Both the position numbers and the translations under genes were made by a program. A DNA stretch of 59,011 nucleotides, counting the filler, from Basidioascus undulatus (Eukaryota): the NCBI GenBank assembly GCA_000826855.1. It is 5 parts of 5 records of this genome, joined end to end, with 100 filler letters (N's around TTAATTAATTAA, not from the genome) between each part and the next. Parts side by side here need not be neighbours in the genome. Positions count along the whole stretch, not along the records: positions 44,574 to 59,011 come from JTLS01001056.1; 4 more parts are not named here. One strand, 5' to 3'. The notes beneath the pieces are model-generated. The model was not told the DNA's origin and did not search any database. It saw only the letters and a program-made list of their open reading frames with translations. Below, piece after piece: positions 53,507-59,011 of this stretch (the stretch's first letter is position 1; the number at the start of each line of letters is the position of its first letter).

Positions 53507-54264
53507 TGCGGAAGTCTAGTGAATAAGATAGAAAGACGAAAATGGTAGCGGACGAAGAGGCGAGCGAGGAGAAGGCAAGAAGGAAGACGCTGTCTTTCCA
53601 GACGACGATCGGCTTCGAAGCGCGCCTGTGGAGGGCGCCACTCAGCTCGGCTTGAGTTGCTGAGTGAGGATTGGGTGAAACAACCGTTTTTCCTAGGCCC
53701 AGCTCGACACGATGCGCTCAGGAACGACGTAATTGGTACTAATTTCTCTGTCGATAAGACTCCGTCGGCGGCCCCCTCATTCGACCCTTCATCGCGCTAG
53801 GGGTGAACATGTCTGTGCCGCGGCCGCGCGACGCGGCATCCGCGGGATCCTGTCTTCGCTCTGCCGCCACACTGCCGCCACGGCCGCCGGAGGAGATGAT
53901 GAGAGATTAAGGCAAGATGCTGAGCGATGCCGACCATACATACAGGCAACTCCACGCGAGAGCCGCGCCCTGCCACGGTCCACGCGTGGGTCGTTTGGCG
54001 TCGCCGGCGGCTGCTTGGAAAGGAGTAGGAGCGCCGTGAAGACTCAGGAAGAGCGACTATTCACAGCCACATTTTTCGCTACCTATCTTTCCTGAAAGCA
54101 AAAGTTTGGCAAGTTTTGGCAAGTTGCGTGCGAGTCTGCCCGCCGGCATGTGTCGGCGGTCAAGCGACGAATCGGAGGACGGTCTGCTTCGAGCGCGTGG
54201 TCTTCTCCTTGTCCTCAACGTCGACGTTCAGTCACTGCGGCATTTCGCACCAAATCCTTCAACC

Positions 54265-55230
54265 ATGACATCCTTCCCTTCACCTGAGATTCTGCTTCGG
54301 TATGAGGTCGACAGAAGTCAGAGGGCAAATTAAAGATCGACCGGGACTTCGCGGCCGAGGACGCCGAATTGATCCTCGTTTCTGCCGACGATATCGCGTT
54401 CAAAGTGCGTAGTTGATACCCTACGCTGTCCAATACACGTGTAAATGTCAATTATTTCGTAGGTGCACAGCGAGCGCTTGTGCCCTGCCTCTCCCGCGTT
54501 CGAGAGCATCCTTTCGATGCCCACTCCGCCCCCGGCTTCCTCGGCTTCGATCGAACTACGCGATTCAATCCCCTCGATGAGCTTATCCGAGACTTCGCTC
54601 GTCCTTTCAGTCCTCCTGAAACTCATCTATCAAAGGAGCGATAGCGCCGAGTCGATCACAGACCTCACCTTCGAGCCGGACACCTGGCACAGCCTCGCTC
54701 GCGCCGTCGACAAGTACGACCTCTCGCGCACATGATCGAACTTCGTCTTTACCACGTGCTCTCCGACCAAGGCAGTCTGAGCGAGGACATCTTTTCGCTA
54801 GGCGCTATCGCTGCCGCATCGCTTCTCGCTCTCTCACCCCCGAACAGAGGAATCTCCTTCGCTCCTGGCGGTCCCCGTGGTTTCCCCTCATGCACCCGTC
54901 CTATACCGAGGCACTTTCCAACATCGATTCCGCGCGTGAAGGTTTCTCTAAATTGATGCAGTCGTCCCTCTTTGACGTCCTCGACAACCAAGATGAACGG
55001 GTCGGCTCAGCCGTTCTCGACTTCGTGGACGACCATCTCGTCCCCACTTTCACACGTGATTTCATTCAACGACCATCACTGCGGAGGAAGCTTGTGAACG
55101 AGTCGTGAGAGTATGTCGAGACGCATTTCGTCGGGCCACTGCTTGGCACGCTCAGGCCAAAACTCCAGGCTATGATCAACGTTGTGTGGAGCCAGTTTCT
55201 GAATCTACCTGCAGAGGTCACCCTCTTGGC
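54265..55230 (+). pseudogene. BTB/POZ-domain protein pseudogene
   Basis: AELILVSADDIAFK|VHSERLCPASPAFESILSMP...LSETSLVLSVLLKLIY...AVDKYD is a fungal BTB domain. The ATG is out of frame, there is a stop/frameshift at about 54733, further shifts, and a TGA at 55106-55108. Confidence 0.75.
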
Positions 55231-55536
55231 AGTGAGATATCTTGCTGTACGTTGTGGTAGCTACGGCCACGTGTTCAGTCTACGCATTCGTTCGCGAGGT
55301 TGTGCATCGTGGGTCGTCTCGTGTAACAACAGGTGTACCTCAATCGTGTCTGAAAAGAAAGAGCGGGAAACGCATAATAGTACATGATTATCACAAGAAT
55401 TAAGGTGGGACAGAACGATGGATGAACAGGGTAACAATGGGTGAATGCGAGATATCGTAACAGTGAGCGGAGCCTTGCCCGCATGCGAGTGGCAAAAGAA
55501 CCGAAGATAAAGAACCTATAGAAATGCAACCGGACT

Positions 55537-58500
55537 CTAACGTCCACTGTCTGTAGAGCGCCTCCCCCCGCCCTTGCCGTCCTCCGTCGAGCCCGAGCGG
55601 NNNNNNNNNNNNNGCAAGCCTTTGATCGTGCTCGTCACCATTGCGACAACCGACGTCGGCGCGGCAAGGCTTAGCTTGTCGCTCTTGCTGCCCTCGGACG
55701 GCCGGCGCTGCTCGTCCTCTTCGGACAAGCTCGGCATGCTCCACTCGTCCGAGGTAGTATGCCGGCCCTCGGGCGAGCTCGAGCTGGCTGGCGAAAGAGT
55801 GGGGTTGTTGGGAGGGGGCGCGTTGGGCAAGCGGGTATCATCTGCGGAATGCGGTTCGTCAGGCGTTCGTAAAATGCCTGTGAATAACGCTGGGAACGTA
55901 CGTTTGATGAGGGTCTTGGCGTAATCGAGGTCGCGATAAATAGCAGAAATGGTGTTGGCCTGAGCATCAAGCTGGTAAGCTCTCCGCGGGAAAATAAGGA
56001 CACGCAGCCAGAACGTACGACACCGTCTTCCGAGCGGATCTGCTCGCCCACAAGTCGTGCTTTCTCGATGACCTTCTTGTCGGTCGTGGCGGTCTTGAGC
56101 GCCTCCGCAAGGTGTTCGACGCTATTAAAGGGTATCAGTGACTGATCGGCGCGATCAGACGCCCACAACACGCTTACGTGAGTTTGCGCACGCTCGAACC
56201 GACGCCGATGGCTTCGACGCGATCTGCGTTGAAGAACTGGTCGCCAAAGAATCTGCCGTCGACAGCCGAATTAGCCCACTAGCCATTCATGCGGAAGGCA
56301 AACGTCGGTCTCACGGTTTGATGATGGTCGGAATGCCCGCTGCATGTCGAGAGCATGTAAGCGCACCATCCGCAGTAACCGGTTCGTCAAGGCACGCACC
56401 CCGAAGGCTGGCGCCCGTCGTTCCTGCACCGCCATGGTGGCACGCAGCGTCGACTGCAAAGCAATGTCGAGGATCAGTAACGGCGGATCTCGAGTCGAGT
56501 CAACTGGTGACTCACTGCGCGGGAACAACCATCCGTGGTCGATAGACGAGATGTTGTGGATGTTCTCCGGCAGGAACTTGGCCTCCTCCTCGCTCATGCC
56601 GCCGCTCTTCTTACTCGCGAGGCGGTCGGACCAGCCCTTGCTCAAGATGGCGTACACATCGGCCTCCTGGATCGCCTCGACGATGCACGCGGTCATCGCA
56701 TCCGGGTCGCTGGTTGAGATAGAGCGCGCAACGTCAGCATCAAAGAATGGGTGGGAATAATCAGACGGATGCGCACCTGACGACGATCGAGCCAAAACCG
56801 ATGTAGACGACCTTCTTGTGCGCTTTTTGTGCCCTGTCGATGAACTCGACGAGGTCTTGCGGAGGCTGCCACTTCTTGTCGGCCGAGCTGTCCGGGTCGT
56901 CGAGGAACCAATAGCCGGTAACATGGATCCTGCGTCCCCGCAAGTCGTCAGTGCTGAGCAATGACGAGCGGTGAAAAGAGAAGACCGAGCACTCACCACT
57001 CGTACCAGTCCAGCGGCGGCGGGACGAGCGACGGGCTGAAGCAGTAGAGGAACGGGACCTTGTGCTGTTCCATCTTGTCCAGGTTCGTCGACTGCAGGCC
57101 GAGCGTTGACTTGCGCCAGCGGTTGACCTGGCCCGATATGGCGCGCCAGAAAACCTGAGGAAAAGGTTGCGTTCAGCAGTCCGCAAGGATCCCGAGGTAC
57201 CGTTCATCGTACCTGGTCAAACATGGTCTGGAGGAACGGCGGTCAAGCGTTAGCGTCAACCGTTCACCGGCTCGTTCAGCAGCTTCGATCGCCGTTCGAC
57301 ACACATAGCTCATGTACTGTGCCCGCTCCTTCGTCAGTTTCCCTGTCTACGCATCTCAACTGGGGAATCACGTACGTTGTACGACCCGCCCATCTTGTGT
57401 TCCCTGCAGCCCCGAAACCTCATTCAATTAGCCTCCTCTCTCACGTAGTCGCCCACATTCACTCACGGCACAGCAAACGCATGCGGGTACGCGCGCGTGC
57501 GCGTCCAGGGCATAGTGAAAGCGCGGTAGTACGGGATCTGGAGCGCCTCGGCGATGTGCAGGCCGCCCATCGCGCTCGGGCTCTCGATGAGGATGTCCGT
57601 GCCTTGGCATGCCTTCCACGAGCGGCAGAGGAGGTCGTCGAGCCAGGAGCGGAACTGTTTTTATCACTACAATGAGCCATACAGGCCCCGCAGCGGCGGA
57701 AACGGAGACGGAACGGACCTTCGTCAAGCCCTCTTTCATAAACGACTGTAGCCCACTACCAAGTCAGCTCCTGTTCATTAATATCGTAGAGTGGATACGC
57801 ACAAGAGTGAACATCCCGTGCTCGACACAAATGCGCATGAGTTCCGCTGGGTCTCCTCCCACGTCGCGGAACTCGATCCCGTGCTGCAATGACGCGCACC
57901 CATTCGCTCAGCCACTGCTGCAACGCTTTACAATCCAGCGAAGTTCACTCACGCCCTCGATCCAGTCCCTGTACTCCGCGTGCGTCGCGATCCGGACCTT
58001 GTGGCCCTCCGCCTTGAGGCCCTTGCACAGCGCGATGTACGGCTGGACGTCTCCGCGGCTTCCAATGGTAAGGCACGTAAAGTGCAGCGAGTCCTGCGGG
58101 CGGAACGTTACTGCCCATCCCATCCCCCACCTCATCAGCTTCCCCTTCCCTCACTCCTTCCCGACGCGCCGCATCACCCGAAGTCAACGCACCGAAGGAT
58201 GAGCTCGTCGAAGTAAACATGACGGGCGGGACTGCGTCCGCGTTCTGGGGCGGCGGGCGTGCGGCGACCTCCGGGTGGAGCGCCTCGAGCTCCTCGAGGA
58301 TCATCGCCTCGCGCTTCTCGTTGCTCGGGCGGGACTGGGCCGACGCCGCAGAGCTCTCGCGCCGGTATGCGTCCTCGAGCTGCCGGTTCAGCAGCTGCAT
58401 GCATGCGTCGCGCCGCGTCGAGGAGGTGAACTCCAGGAAGAGCTCTTCGTGGCCTGGACCCCCGACATGGTCAGATCGCCTGCTCAGATTCCTCTTCTGT

Positions 58501-59011
58501 CTGAATACCCTTTCGCACCCTTGACGATAACCACCAGCCCATGGTGCGCGAGCCGCAGCGGTTTTTGTTTCACGACGCGCTGGATGTCGGACAGGGGGAT
58601 GATCATCTGCGGGTGTCCCATCCTCCAACAATCAGCCACACGTCCACCTCCTCGTTCGCCCTTCGGCCTCACGTACCTTGGTCTTCATCAAGATCTGCGT
58701 AGAGCGGAAGCACAGGTAGTTTTCAGACACGTAGACTTTCCCGCTGGTCGGCAAGACGCGGAACAGCGCGCCGGGGAAGTCTGTTGCACTCCCCATTCCC
58801 ACATCAGCCACCTTCCCCTCCCCTTCCTCCTCAGCGCAGAGAGGTACGTACGGCCCAGCAGCTTCTCCCCCGGCAGCGCAAACGCCTCCCGAAACTTGCC
58901 GAGCAGGCGCGCCTCCTCTTCCTCCTCCTCCTCCATCCCCAAACTGCGCTCCATCATGGAGTACTCCGACCCCCCTCCAACCCCCTCCCCCTCGTCCTCC
59001 TCCTCGCGCGC
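55537..59011 (-). CDS. ATG26: Sterol 3-beta-glucosyltransferase, 3' part (5' end beyond the window; 13-N gap at 55601-55613)
   Basis: GRAM-like [103 protein letters not shown]. Confidence 0.97.

Overview
This window is GC-rich, intron-dense fungal DNA that looks basidiomycete (GT[GA]CGT/GTGAGT donors, CTGAC/CTAA branch sites, many micro-exons). It is not one contiguous locus: five contigs or scaffolds (four of about 11 kb, the last longer) are joined by artificial 100-nt N44-TTAATTAATTAA-N44 spacers, so gene order across spacers is meaningless. Recognisable genes: proteasome beta-3 (PUP3, partial), a REM/RasGEF protein, an Nse6/SLF2-like protein, an alpha-arrestin, a GRAB-domain golgin end running in frame into a Tcp11-like C-terminus, an F-box-like protein, an MBOAT_2 acyltransferase, G-protein beta (partial), GH15+CBM20 glucoamylase, XPB/SSL2 helicase, the RPC1 3' end, a DAL5-type MFS permease, a GNAT, a type-I membrane protein, an NADP-dependent alcohol dehydrogenase and sterol glucosyltransferase ATG26 (partial). 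There are also several pseudogenes and a CpG-depleted repeat relic. The standout finding is a circularly permuted tRNA-Arg(ACG) gene on the minus strand at 31522-31594. Its 3' half lies upstream of its 5' half, both halves assemble into a fully paired cloverleaf, and it has its own TATA/CAA/surrogate A-box leader and a T5 terminator. I know this arrangement from some algae and one archaeon, but not from fungi.
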